This document shows positions 1 to 8,473 of a stretch of DNA of 64,000 nucleotides, piece after piece. How positions within the stretch are numbered: position 1 is the first letter of the stretch; each line of letters begins with the position of its first letter. Source of the stretch: Thermoanaerobaculia bacterium (lineage in GTDB: Bacteria; Acidobacteriota; Thermoanaerobaculia; Gp7-AA8). The translations under genes were made by a program, and so were the position numbers. The stretch is taken from positions 3,412 through 67,411 of the forward strand of contig DATKCD010000013.1 of NCBI GenBank assembly GCA_035544735.1, read 5' to 3'. A model generated the notes under the pieces. That model saw only the letters and a list, made by a program, of their open reading frames with translations, was not told where the DNA came from and did no database searches.

Positions 1-546
1 GATCGCGAAGTCCGCGCGGCCGACCCGGCTCAGATCGAGGATCAGAACGATGCCCTGCATCCCTTCGCTCGAGAATCGGATGCCGAGCGCCGATTCGATC
101 CCGAACCGCGAGACCAGATCGGGATGCAGCACGGGGGAACCGATCTCCTCCCGCTCCATCGTGGCCGTGAGGACCTTCGCCGGACTCCGTGCCGCGACGA
201 AGAAATCGCGCTCGTCGAGCGCGGGAGCGACCGGCGGATCGAACCGCTCGGGCGGCTCCTGCGAAACGGCGAACTGGTCGCCGTCGGCGGCGGCCACGTT
301 GAGATACGGCTCGTCGGCGAGCTCCCACAGCATCACGGCCCGCCGCGCCCGGAAGACGTGACGGATCGAAGAGAGCGCCTCGCGAACCAGCGCGACCTCG
401 TCGGAGGGAATCGCATGGGGCCATTCGGCCAGGCGCCGGAGCTTGGCCTCCATCTCGCGCAGAAGCCTCCGCTCGCGCCAGTCGAGCAGACCGTTCAGCT
501 TCGCGAGGGCGCCGAACGCAGGCTTCAGACCGAGGCTCTTCTCCAC
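1..546 (-). CDS. N-terminal part of a GAF-like sensor-domain protein (partial; continues beyond window start)
   Basis: Not in the ORF track because it runs off the edge. The minus frame opens with GTG at 544-546, after an in-frame TGA at 553-555. My own translation, VSVEKSLGLKPAFGALAKLNGLLDWRERRLLREMEAKL...LNVAAADGDQFAVSQEPPERFDPPVAPALDERDFFVAARSPAKVLTATMEREEIGSPVLHPDLVSRFGIESALGIRFSSEGMQGIVLILDLSRVGRADFAI, is protein-like with strongly G/C-biased third positions. The codon boundary falls exactly at position 1. Confidence 0.4.
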   Translation of the reverse strand, partial: MEKSLGLKPAFGALAKLNGLLDWRERRLLREMEAKLRRLAEWPHAIPSDEVALVREALSSIRHVFRARRAVMLWELADEPYLNVAAADGDQFAVSQEPPERFDPPVAPALDERDFFVAARSPAKVLTATMEREEIGSPVLHPDLVSRFGIESALGIRFSSEGMQGIVLILDLSRVGRADFAI

Positions 547-644
547 GGAAACTCATCTTAGCGCGTTCGGCGCCCGGCCGCGCCGCCGGGCACCGGTTCC
601 GACTCGGCACCCGGTGCTATCATTCGCTTCCGCGCGAGAAATCG

Positions 645-1874
645 ATGATGCGACGCACGGAGACGGAGAAGAGCTCCGCGATCCGGGACCACTGGACGCT
701 CGATCCCTCGATCACGTTTCTCAATCACGGCTCGTTCGGCGCGACGCCGGGGGCGATCCTGCGCGTGCAGGACCATTACCGGGCTCGCCTCGAGGCCGAG
801 CCCGTGCGCTTTATGACTCGGGAGCTCGACGCGCTGCTCGACGCCTCACGGGAGGAGCTGGCGCGATTCCTCGGCGCACGACCCGAAGGCCTCGCCTTCG
901 TCCCCAACGCGACCGCCGGCGTCAATGCCGTTTTGCGCTCGCTCGAGCTCGAGCCGGGGGACGAGCTGCTCACGACCACGCAGGAGTACAACGCCTGCCG
1001 CAACGCACTCGAATACGTCTGCGCGCGCTCGGGCTCCCGCCCGGTCGTGGTCGACCTTCCCTTCCCCACGACGGGCCCGGCGGAGATCGCCGGACGGATT
1101 CTCGAGCGCGTCGGCCGCCGGACGCGCCTGGTGCTCGTCGACCACGTCACCAGTCAGACCGCGCTCGTCTTTCCCATCGAGCGGATCGCGACCGAGCTCC
1201 GAGAGCGCGGCGTCGACCTCCTCGTCGACGGAGCTCACGCCCCCGGCATGATCCCGCTCGATCTCGAGACGCTCGGCGCTGCGTATTACACCGGGAACTG
1301 CCACAAATGGATCTGTGCTCCGAAGGGGGCGGCGTTTCTCTCGGTTCGCGGGGACCGGCGCGATTCGGTGCGTCCCGTGTCGATCTCGCACGGTGCGAAC
1401 TCGACGCGCACCGACCGGAGCCGGTTCCTCCTCGAGTTCGACTGGACCGGGACGTTCGATCCGACGGCGTGGCTATCGGTCGGAGACTCGATTCGATTCA
1501 TGGGATCGCTCCTCCCGGGCGGCTGGCCGGAGCTGATGCGACACAACCACGAGCTGGCGCTCCGCGGGCGCGACCTGCTCACGCACGCTCTCGCCATCCC
1601 CAGTCCCGCACCCGACTCGATGCTCGGCTCGATGGCCGCCCTCCCGCTCCCCGACGGCAACGCGGCCACCGCTCCCTCCCTCTACGGCGATCCCCTCCAG
1701 GACGCGCTTCTCGAACGCCACGCCATCGAGGTGCCGGTCGTCCCCTGGCCCGCCCCCCCTGCCCGCGTCCTCCGCATCTCGGCGCAGATCTACAACGCCC
1801 CGAAAGAGTACGAGCGGCTGGCCGCAGCCCTGGTCGAGCTCCTTGGAGAGGAGAAAACGAAGGGCGGACGGTAG
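645..1874 (+). CDS. Class V aminotransferase (isopenicillin-N epimerase / cysteine desulfurase-like PLP enzyme)
   Basis: 409 aa. FLNHGSFGATP near the N-terminus and overall class-V PLP fold-type I layout. Confidence 0.75.
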   Translation: MMRRTETEKSSAIRDHWTLDPSITFLNHGSFGATPGAILRVQDHYRARLEAEPVRFMTRELDALLDASREELARFLGARPEGLAFVPNATAGVNAVLRSLELEPGDELLTTTQEYNACRNALEYVCARSGSRPVVVDLPFPTTGPAEIAGRILERVGRRTRLVLVDHVTSQTALVFPIERIATELRERGVDLLVDGAHAPGMIPLDLETLGAAYYTGNCHKWICAPKGAAFLSVRGDRRDSVRPVSISHGANSTRTDRSRFLLEFDWTGTFDPTAWLSVGDSIRFMGSLLPGGWPELMRHNHELALRGRDLLTHALAIPSPAPDSMLGSMAALPLPDGNAATAPSLYGDPLQDALLERHAIEVPVVPWPAPPARVLRISAQIYNAPKEYERLAAALVELLGEEKTKGGR

Positions 1875-1883
1875 GGCAGGACC

Positions 1884-2294
1884 TCAGTCGTTCAGGATCT
1901 CGACACGGGTCGCGCGCGCCCGCCGGGGATACGATTCCAGGACCGGCCCGGTATACCACGCAACGACCCGCTGGCCGGGCTCCATATCGAAGAATCCGGC
2001 GGCGATCACTCCCTGCGCCGTGCGGCGGAGCACGAGCGTCGAGGCGCCGACCGCGACCACGTCCTTTGCCGAGCCCGACGGCTCGGCAGGATTTTCCTCG
2101 ACGAGAATCGTCCCCGACTCCGCCCCCCCTGCGTCAACGGTGAGAGTCGTGATGGTTCCGCGCACGTCGGGAGGCTCTTCCTGCGGGGCGGCGGCGCACG
2201 CGGCGACGAAAAGGACGGCGGCGAGAACGGCGAGTCGGGCTCTCACGACTCGAGGATGAGCAATGAGCGCGCCAGAGGCTTCCGCCGGCACCAC
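1884..2294 (-). CDS. Small hypothetical lipoprotein
   Basis: 136 aa. Lipobox LFVAAC after a hydrophobic h-region. Confidence 0.5.
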   Translation of the reverse strand: MVPAEASGALIAHPRVVRARLAVLAAVLFVAACAAAPQEEPPDVRGTITTLTVDAGGAESGTILVEENPAEPSGSAKDVVAVGASTLVLRRTAQGVIAAGFFDMEPGQRVVAWYTGPVLESYPRRARATRVEILND

Positions 2295-2305
2295 CTCCGA
2301 ACGCC

Positions 2306-2806
2306 TCAGTCGGTCGGCCGCTTCACGATCCGCTTGACGAGCTGAATCTGCCCGGTGTGATAGAGATCGTGAGCCGCGACGCCGGAGACGAGCTGTCCGA
2401 CGAGCCAGATGCCGCCTCCCGGGGGCTTCCGGTCGAGGTCGGCGTCGCGGAGCGAGGCGACGACCCGCTTCAGCTCGTCATGCTCGCCCTTCAGCAGACC
2501 GACGATCTCCTTCCACTCCCCCGCGGTCAGCGAGCTCGCCGAAAACCAGTTGCTTCCGTCGAGGGCGAAGCTGCCGCGCTTCCGTCCGGTGATCCGCCGG
2601 CGAACCGTGTACTTCCAGTAGGCGGCATGCATCACCAGCTCGGCGACGTTGTGCCGCCCTTCGGAAGGACGTCGGACGGCCTCCGACGCGGTCAGTCCGC
2701 GGATCGAGCCGCGAAGCGTCGTTCCATGCCACGCCTTCCGGTCGAATGCCTCGTCGAGAATCCGCAGGAGCAGCCGGACGGCAGGGGCCGCAGGGGGAGT
2801 CGCCAT
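2306..2806 (-). CDS. DinB/YfiT-like (DinB_2) metal-dependent hydrolase family protein
   Basis: 166 aa. WHGTTL...HAAYWKY...HDLYHTGQI pattern typical of the DinB_2 four-helix family. Confidence 0.75.
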   Translation of the reverse strand: MATPPAAPAVRLLLRILDEAFDRKAWHGTTLRGSIRGLTASEAVRRPSEGRHNVAELVMHAAYWKYTVRRRITGRKRGSFALDGSNWFSASSLTAGEWKEIVGLLKGEHDELKRVVASLRDADLDRKPPGGGIWLVGQLVSGVAAHDLYHTGQIQLVKRIVKRPTD

Positions 2807-3257
2807 GGGTCAGTCCTCCTCGGGCCGCTCCATCGGAGCGGGCGGTGAGCTCCCGGGCGCTCGGGTCGCGCCGGGTCGGGCGATGATCGCGCGCCGGTCA
2901 GTGGTGAAGCGACCGGGTGCGATCACGCCATACGGCGGAAGACGGCCGCCGCCACGGAACGTGACGCCCTGGGCGCTTTCTCTCGAAGCAACGGACTCCG
3001 GTTCCCGGACGTGCAACATCGACCATGAGCATGAAACCCACCTCCCACCCGCGCCGTTCGGCGCGGAGACCACGAAGCTCGGGCAATGCAGCGCCACATC
3101 TCTCCCGGATCGACACGAAGAGCGTGAAAGGAAGGCGACGAAACGGGAGGTCGCTGGAGGAGCGGCAGGCGGCCCCTGCGAGTCCCGCCGGCTGCGGGAA
3201 CCAGCCACTCCCCCCCGAAGACGAATGCGAACGAATCGATGGATCTAGGATACACCC

Positions 3258-3512
3258 GTCTGGAGCGTCTGGAGCGTCTTGGGCGTCTGGAGCGTCTTGG
3301 GCGTCTTGGGCGTCTGGAGCGTCTTGGGCGTCTGGAGCGTCTTGGGCGTCTTGGATCGGTGATACGCCAGAGTCAGAATGCAGAATGCAGAATGCAGAAT
3401 GCAGAATGCAGAATGCAGAATGCAGAAAGATGCTGGCTCACCTCCGGACTTTCGCAACTCTTCAGACACTCCTTGACGCCCTGGACACTCGAGACGCCCG
3501 AGACGCCGCAGC
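3258..3512. repeat. Composite inverted tandem-repeat element A
   Basis: Direct array of the 9-bp unit GCGTCTKGR, about 11 copies (3258-3354). Then CAGAATG heptamer x7 plus CAGAAAG (3374-3429). Then about 4 reverse-complement 9-mers GACGCCNNG (3474-3512). The element ends at the stop codon of the anti-sigma gene. Confidence 0.85.
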
Positions 3513-3979
3513 TATTCGCCCGCGAGGGCGGTATGCACGGTGAGCAGGACGGTGGCGCAGCCGAGGGTGAAGACGGCGGCGAGCAGGGAGGGAGAGACCG
3601 AGGCTCCTTCGATCGCGGAAGCGACGGCCCGGTCGAGTGAGAAATTCGCAATGACGTCCCACTTCCACGTCAGCAGCGCCGCCCAGCAGAATGCGATTAC
3701 GCCGAATCCGACGCGCTGGAGCAGATGGAGCGGCTGGAGGACCTTCTGGTCGGAGATTCGGCTGCCGAACAGTTCCGCCTTGAGCCTCAGAATGCTCGGA
3801 TCGACCGGCGCCGGAGAGCGGGGAGCCTCCGAGGCCATCCGGTTCATCCAGACGGCGACCTTCGCCGCCTCGGAGCAGTCGGCGCACGACCGCGCGTGGT
3901 CGCGCAGCGAATCCGGCAGATCGCCGTGCTTCATCGCGCGGATCAGATCGAGCTCGAGATCGCATCCTTCCCTTCTCAC
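3512..3979 (-). CDS. Anti-sigma factor, zf-HC2 type, membrane-spanning
   Basis: 155 aa. H-x3-C-x2-C motif (HARSCADC) near the N-terminus and a C-terminal TM segment. GTG start overlaps the ECF sigma stop as GTGA. Confidence 0.65.
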   Translation of the reverse strand: MRREGCDLELDLIRAMKHGDLPDSLRDHARSCADCSEAAKVAVWMNRMASEAPRSPAPVDPSILRLKAELFGSRISDQKVLQPLHLLQRVGFGVIAFCWAALLTWKWDVIANFSLDRAVASAIEGASVSPSLLAAVFTLGCATVLLTVHTALAGE

Positions 3980-4527
3980 GAGATCACCTCCGGGCCGAGT
4001 CCGAGAGACCGCAGTGTGTCGCCGAGCTTACGCCGGGCGCGGAACAGGAGAACTCGGACGCTCCCTGGCGCCACCCCGGCGATCGCCGCGATCTCCCGGT
4101 GGTCGAATCCTTCCACGTGGGCGAGCCACAGCAGCGACCGCTCGCGCGGGGTGAGTCTGCGGAACGCCCGCCCCATGTCGTGACGCAGCTCGGCCGATTC
4201 GGTCCGGCGATCGGTCTGGCGCAGGCCGAGCCATCCCTGCCGCTCCCTCCTGACCCTGCGGATGTGATCGATCGCCTGGTTCGTCGCCGTCCTGTAGAGC
4301 AGCCCGCGGATCCGCGACTCCTCCGTGCCGTCGAGCGGCGTGCGGAGGAGCTGGAGGAAGGCCTTCTGCGTCAGGTCGTCGGCCGCGGCGGCGTCGCCCG
4401 TCATCCGCTGCAGATAGGCCCACAACGACCGGGCCGTCCGTCGATAGAAGACCTCGAACTCGGCTTCGCTGAGGACGGCGGTTCCGTCTCGGGCCGCGGT
4501 TCGGGTCAGGGCCACCTCCGTTCGCAT
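3976..4527 (-). CDS. ECF (sigma-70 family, group IV) RNA polymerase sigma factor
   Basis: 183 aa. Region 2 (DLTQKAFLQLL) and region 4 HTH (REIAAIAGVAPGSVRVLLFRARRKL). Confidence 0.85.
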   Translation of the reverse strand: MRTEVALTRTAARDGTAVLSEAEFEVFYRRTARSLWAYLQRMTGDAAAADDLTQKAFLQLLRTPLDGTEESRIRGLLYRTATNQAIDHIRRVRRERQGWLGLRQTDRRTESAELRHDMGRAFRRLTPRERSLLWLAHVEGFDHREIAAIAGVAPGSVRVLLFRARRKLGDTLRSLGLGPEVIS

Positions 4528-4551
4528 CCGGTTCTCCGGGGCGCTCCGATT

Positions 4552-5007
4552 CTACCGCCCCACCGATCCCGGCGACTCGTCGACCCCCCACGCCTTGGTG
4601 AGCCACCAGGAGACGGCCGCCGAGGCGAGGAAGCCGGCGCCGAGGAACAGGCCGAGGAACCCGAACACGAAGGGGGGCTGACGCATCGGGTCGTGGAAGC
4701 CCATCAGGAACGAGATCGGAATCAGGCCGATCGACAGAACCACGATGATCACACCGAGCCGCACCGACGCGATGATCTTCTCCTTCTGCAGCCGCTTCGA
4801 TCCCATCGACACGATCTGGAGATAGTTGCGCCCTTCGGGCGTCTGGAGGAACGAGATGAACTCAGCCGAGTTGCCGAAGCGGTCCAGCATCCGGGAGTGC
4901 GCCTGCAGCCGATGCTCGGACCTCGTAACCCCCGCGCGGACGATCACATAGACGATGAAGCAGATCATCGTGAAGGATCCGAGCGGCGCCAGTATTTCTA
5001 CACCCAT
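4552..5007 (-). CDS. Hypothetical membrane protein, first gene of the ECF sigma operon
   Basis: 151 aa with 3-4 predicted TM segments. AAGGAG lies 5 nt upstream of the ATG. Confidence 0.55.
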   Translation of the reverse strand: MGVEILAPLGSFTMICFIVYVIVRAGVTRSEHRLQAHSRMLDRFGNSAEFISFLQTPEGRNYLQIVSMGSKRLQKEKIIASVRLGVIIVVLSIGLIPISFLMGFHDPMRQPPFVFGFLGLFLGAGFLASAAVSWWLTKAWGVDESPGSVGR

Positions 5008-5294
5008 GATGGCATCTCCTTGTCACGACCGAATTCCTCGATCGTTCCCCGGCATTACGGGCGGGGGGACGCCGGGGTTAACCAGGGACCGTCGCGTCCA
5101 GATCGCCGTCAGGGGCAATTTCGGAACCGTTCGAGAGGTTCATGGACGCCAGCCGCCCCGGATCCGTATCTATGGGTGCAGCAGTACCCGGCAGCACGTT
5201 TCTCCTGCACTTCCGGCCCTCCCTCGCTCCCGCGCCGACGCGATATGATCGCAGCCCGAGGGAGGGCCCGTTTTTTCTCCTCCGATTTGAATCC

Positions 5295-5750
5295 ATGGCT
5301 CGCTATCAGGTCGAAGAGTACGTCCGGTGGGAGGACATCGATGCCGCCGGCATCATCAACTACCAGGCCTATCTCCGGTTCTTCGGCCTCGCGGAGGCGG
5401 AGCTGTTCCGGTCGGCGGGGCTGAGCTACCGCTATCTGTTCGACGTCCTTCACCTCTGGCTCCCGCGCGTCCGGGTGGAGTGCGACTTCCACGTGCCGGT
5501 CACCCTCGACGAGCTGCTGGTAGTCGATGCCTTCTTCGGGAAGATCGGGCGGACCTCGATTCATCTGCAGTTCGAAGTGCGGCGGAAGAGCGACCCGGGA
5601 ACGATCGTCGCAACGGGGAAGTACGTTCTGGTGGCCGTGCGGCAGGGGGAATTCGCACCGGTCGCCGTGCCCGAGGACGTTCGAAACCGGATCGCGCCGT
5701 TCGTGGAGACGACGTCTCCGCGCGGGCGGGACGACCCGAACGGGAGCTGA
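5295..5750 (+). CDS. Hotdog-fold acyl-CoA thioesterase (4HBT/YbgC-like)
   Basis: Start refined to MARYQVEEYVRWEDIDAAGIINYQAYLRFF. Typical 4HBT N-terminal strand and helix. Confidence 0.7.
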   Translation: MARYQVEEYVRWEDIDAAGIINYQAYLRFFGLAEAELFRSAGLSYRYLFDVLHLWLPRVRVECDFHVPVTLDELLVVDAFFGKIGRTSIHLQFEVRRKSDPGTIVATGKYVLVAVRQGEFAPVAVPEDVRNRIAPFVETTSPRGRDDPNGS

Positions 5751-5757
5751 GAGCCCG

Positions 5758-6429
5758 ATGCAACGCAACGACGACGATCTGCGAACGACCAGGCGCTACG
5801 CGTTCGCGACGCCGCTCCAGGCCGTGTTCGGCACCACGCCGATCGGGGTCCGAAACCTCGGATCATACGGGCTTCAGGCGGAGCACTCCGACCCGATCAA
5901 GCTGGGATCGAACGCCAGGATCGTGTTCGACATCCCTGCCGCGCGCGAGAAGATCGCCATTCGCGGCAGGCTCGTCTGGAGCCGTCTGTCGAAGACCCCG
6001 AACGAGAGGGGAAAGTATCTCTACCTGAGCGGGGTGCAGTTCGATGAATCCGCCCCATTCCCGCCTCAGGCCCTCGACACGCTCGTCCAGCTCGGCCTGG
6101 CGGTGCCGGACGACGATTCGCTCCAGAGAAAGCGCGACGAGCTCGCGCGCCGGCAGCAGGAGCGCTCGCAGGTCCGCGTCGTCCAAGTCCCTGCCGAAGA
6201 GCTCCCATCCGATCAGGCCCTGCTGGTCCAGCATGCGATCGCCCAGCTCCGCGGGAATCCCGACGAAGCGCAGAAGTGGTATCAGCGCGCCCGCTTTTCT
6301 CCTCCCGTGGTCGACGGCAAGCCGCTCCCCTATCGCGAAGACGTCGTCGCCATCTGGGAGTATCTGGGGCGCACGATCGCCATCGACGTCGTCGCCCGGG
6401 TCCTCGAGCGCGACCGAGCCCCGGAGTAG
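5758..6429 (+). CDS. PilZ-domain protein (putative c-di-GMP receptor)
   Basis: Start refined to MQRNDDDL. RR...R then NLGSYG about 20 aa later, and a GVQF..L-like end of the domain. Confidence 0.5.
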   Translation: MQRNDDDLRTTRRYAFATPLQAVFGTTPIGVRNLGSYGLQAEHSDPIKLGSNARIVFDIPAAREKIAIRGRLVWSRLSKTPNERGKYLYLSGVQFDESAPFPPQALDTLVQLGLAVPDDDSLQRKRDELARRQQERSQVRVVQVPAEELPSDQALLVQHAIAQLRGNPDEAQKWYQRARFSPPVVDGKPLPYREDVVAIWEYLGRTIAIDVVARVLERDRAPE

Positions 6430-6669
6430 CCGGGGCGTCTGGAGCGTCTGGAGCGTCTAGGGCGTCTTGGGCGTCTTGGGCGTCTAGGGCGTCTCGGGCG
6501 TCTTGGGCGTCTTGGGCGTCTTGGGCGTCTTGGGCGCTCGTCAATAGAACGCGGGACGTAGCAGGTAGAACGTAGAGAGCCTGACGGATCCGCAGACGAT
6601 CTGGACGCCGCAGACGCCGACGCTCCAGACGCTCCAGACGCTCGAGACGCCCTAGACGCCCTAGACGCC
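6430..6669. repeat. Inverted 9-bp tandem-repeat element B
   Basis: Forward GCGTCTNGN array of about 12 copies (6433-6536). Loop with TAGAACG x3. Reverse-complement array of about 8 copies (6596-6669). It spans exactly from the PilZ-gene stop to the murB stop, and the last unit CTAGACGCC contains the murB stop. Confidence 0.85.
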
Positions 6670-7749
6670 GCCGAATCCGATGAAGTTCGGCTCGGGGCGA
6701 AGGGCGATGCCGAATCGGTTCGCGACGGTCCGCTGGATCTCGGCGACGAGGCGCAGGACGTCGGTCGCCTTTCCCCCTCCACGATTGACGATCGCGAGCG
6801 TGTGCTTGGTGGAAAGCCCGACGGCTCCTGCGCCGTATCCCTTGTGGAATCCCGCCTGCTCGATGAGCCACGCAGCCGAGAGCTTGACCCGCCCCTCTCC
6901 GGTGGGCCACGAGGGGATGCGGTCGGCTCGGAGCGACGGCTCGCCGTCGACGGCCCGCCGGAGGAAGGTGTGGAGCTCTTCGGTCGAGATGATGGGATTC
7001 ATGAAGAACGAGCCGTCGCTCCGGGTGTCGGCGTCGGCGGGGTCGAGAACCATTCCCTTGCGCCGGCGGATCTCTAGCACCGCCTCGCGGACCTGAGCGA
7101 GGGTCGGCGCCCCGCCGAAGCGCTCGTCCACGAGCGCCCGCAGCTCGGGATATCGAAGCGCCGCCGCCCCGCCCGGCTGGAGCCGATACGTCACGCTCAA
7201 CACGACGAGCTCGTCGCGGCCCTCCGCCTTGAACATGCTGTCGCGATAGGTGAAGCGGCACTGCGCGTTCGAGAGGGATCGGACCCGTCCCGAGGCGACC
7301 GAGAGCACCTCGACTTCGACGACGCTCTCCGCGACCTCCTGACCGTAGGCGCCGACGTTCTGGATCGGCGTCGCACCGACCGAGCCGGGGATGCCGGAGA
7401 GGGCCTCGAAGCCGGCCCAGCCGCGCTCGCAGGCGAGCGCGGCGATCCGGTCCCACTCCTCGCCGGCGCCGACGCGCAGCCGGACCGCATCCCCCTCGCG
7501 CCCGGTGTCGATCCCGCGCAGCGCGTTGCGCAGGACCAGGCCGTCGAACCCCTCGTCGGCGATCAGGACATTGCTCCCGCCGCCGAGAAGAAACAGCGGC
7601 ACTCCCGCCCTTCCCGCCCACTCGATCCCGGCCCGCACCTGATCGAGAGAAGCCCCCTCGAGAAACCAGCGCGCCGGGCCGCCGATGCCGATCGTCGTCA
7701 TCGGCGCGAGCGGTACGTTCTCGCGCATGCCTGGAAGGAGATCGATCAT
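6661..7749 (-). CDS. murB: UDP-N-acetylenolpyruvoylglucosamine reductase
   Basis: FAD-binding N-domain (GIGGPARWF...LGGGSNVL) and MurB C-domain. Start trimmed to MIDLLPGMRENVPL. The 848-aa ORF overlapping in another frame is an artefact. Confidence 0.85.
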   Translation of the reverse strand: MIDLLPGMRENVPLAPMTTIGIGGPARWFLEGASLDQVRAGIEWAGRAGVPLFLLGGGSNVLIADEGFDGLVLRNALRGIDTGREGDAVRLRVGAGEEWDRIAALACERGWAGFEALSGIPGSVGATPIQNVGAYGQEVAESVVEVEVLSVASGRVRSLSNAQCRFTYRDSMFKAEGRDELVVLSVTYRLQPGGAAALRYPELRALVDERFGGAPTLAQVREAVLEIRRRKGMVLDPADADTRSDGSFFMNPIISTEELHTFLRRAVDGEPSLRADRIPSWPTGEGRVKLSAAWLIEQAGFHKGYGAGAVGLSTKHTLAIVNRGGGKATDVLRLVAEIQRTVANRFGIALRPEPNFIGFGGV

Positions 7750-8000
7750 CGGCGGGACTCGCCGGCGCCGGACCCTGCGCGCCGCGACCCGCGAAGTATC
7801 TCCACAATTCGGCGCGATGCCAAGCCGCCGGCGACCCCCCGCGGATCTCCGCGCCGAAGCCGGAATGAGGCGTTTGCTGGCGATCTGATCCGCAGTCAGG
7901 ACAGACGGACTCGTCCGCACGGCGGCATTGGGCACGCGTTTTGTGTTGCCAATGGGTTGCTCCGCGATCCTGCGGAGCGACGACAAGGAGGAAAGAAGTC

Positions 8001-8438
8001 ATGAGCTTCAATCGAATGATGCGGTTCACTGCCGTAACGGCGGTACTCGTGCTGGCAGTCGCGTGCAGCACCACCACCAGCGACGACGTGACCCGTGCCG
8101 ATGTGATGCAGCCGGCGACGGCCGAGACGCACGACCCGATCGGGCAACCGCCCCGGGTCGTGAGCGACATCGGTGCGACCCATCCCTCGAGCGTGACCGG
8201 AGGAACAGGGAACGTGAATGCCGGCGGCACCAACACGAACCTGAACCAGCCGCCACCCGCCGATGGAACGGCCACCGTGACGACCAGCGAGGTCGTCGTA
8301 ACCGAGGCGCCGGCGCTGATCGAGCCTGCACCGGTCGTGGTCGAGGAGAGGACGGTCATCGAGCGGAGGACCGTCATCGACGAGCCCGCGCCCGTCGTCA
8401 CGACGGTCGAGACCCGCACGCTGATGCAGAAGGACTGA
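8001..8438 (+). CDS. Hypothetical lipoprotein, T/P/V-rich and likely disordered
   Basis: AAGGAGG 6 nt upstream of ATG 8001. Lipobox LAVAC. Confidence 0.55.
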   Translation: MSFNRMMRFTAVTAVLVLAVACSTTTSDDVTRADVMQPATAETHDPIGQPPRVVSDIGATHPSSVTGGTGNVNAGGTNTNLNQPPPADGTATVTTSEVVVTEAPALIEPAPVVVEERTVIERRTVIDEPAPVVTTVETRTLMQKD

Positions 8439-8473
8439 CGCATTCAAACGGGTTTCTGCGGAGCGGGTCCGGT

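Noticed and set aside
2810-3208. 132-aa ORF abutting the DinB-family gene start as a possible co-operonic gene
   Set aside because: Its translation is low-complexity (R/S/P/G-rich) with no hydrophobic core. The tight junction is probably coincidental.
3239-3640. ORFs that translate the repeat arrays (3239-3640 LERLGRLERLG..., 6276-6575, 26514-26852, 26761-27057, 45240-45467, 45561-45779, upstream part of 44423-45430 KTLKTLK..., 57961-59274, 59259-59340)
   Set aside because: Their periodic amino-acid strings come from the 9-nt or 7-nt repeat period. They bridge the stop codons of flanking genes and occur on both strands equally.
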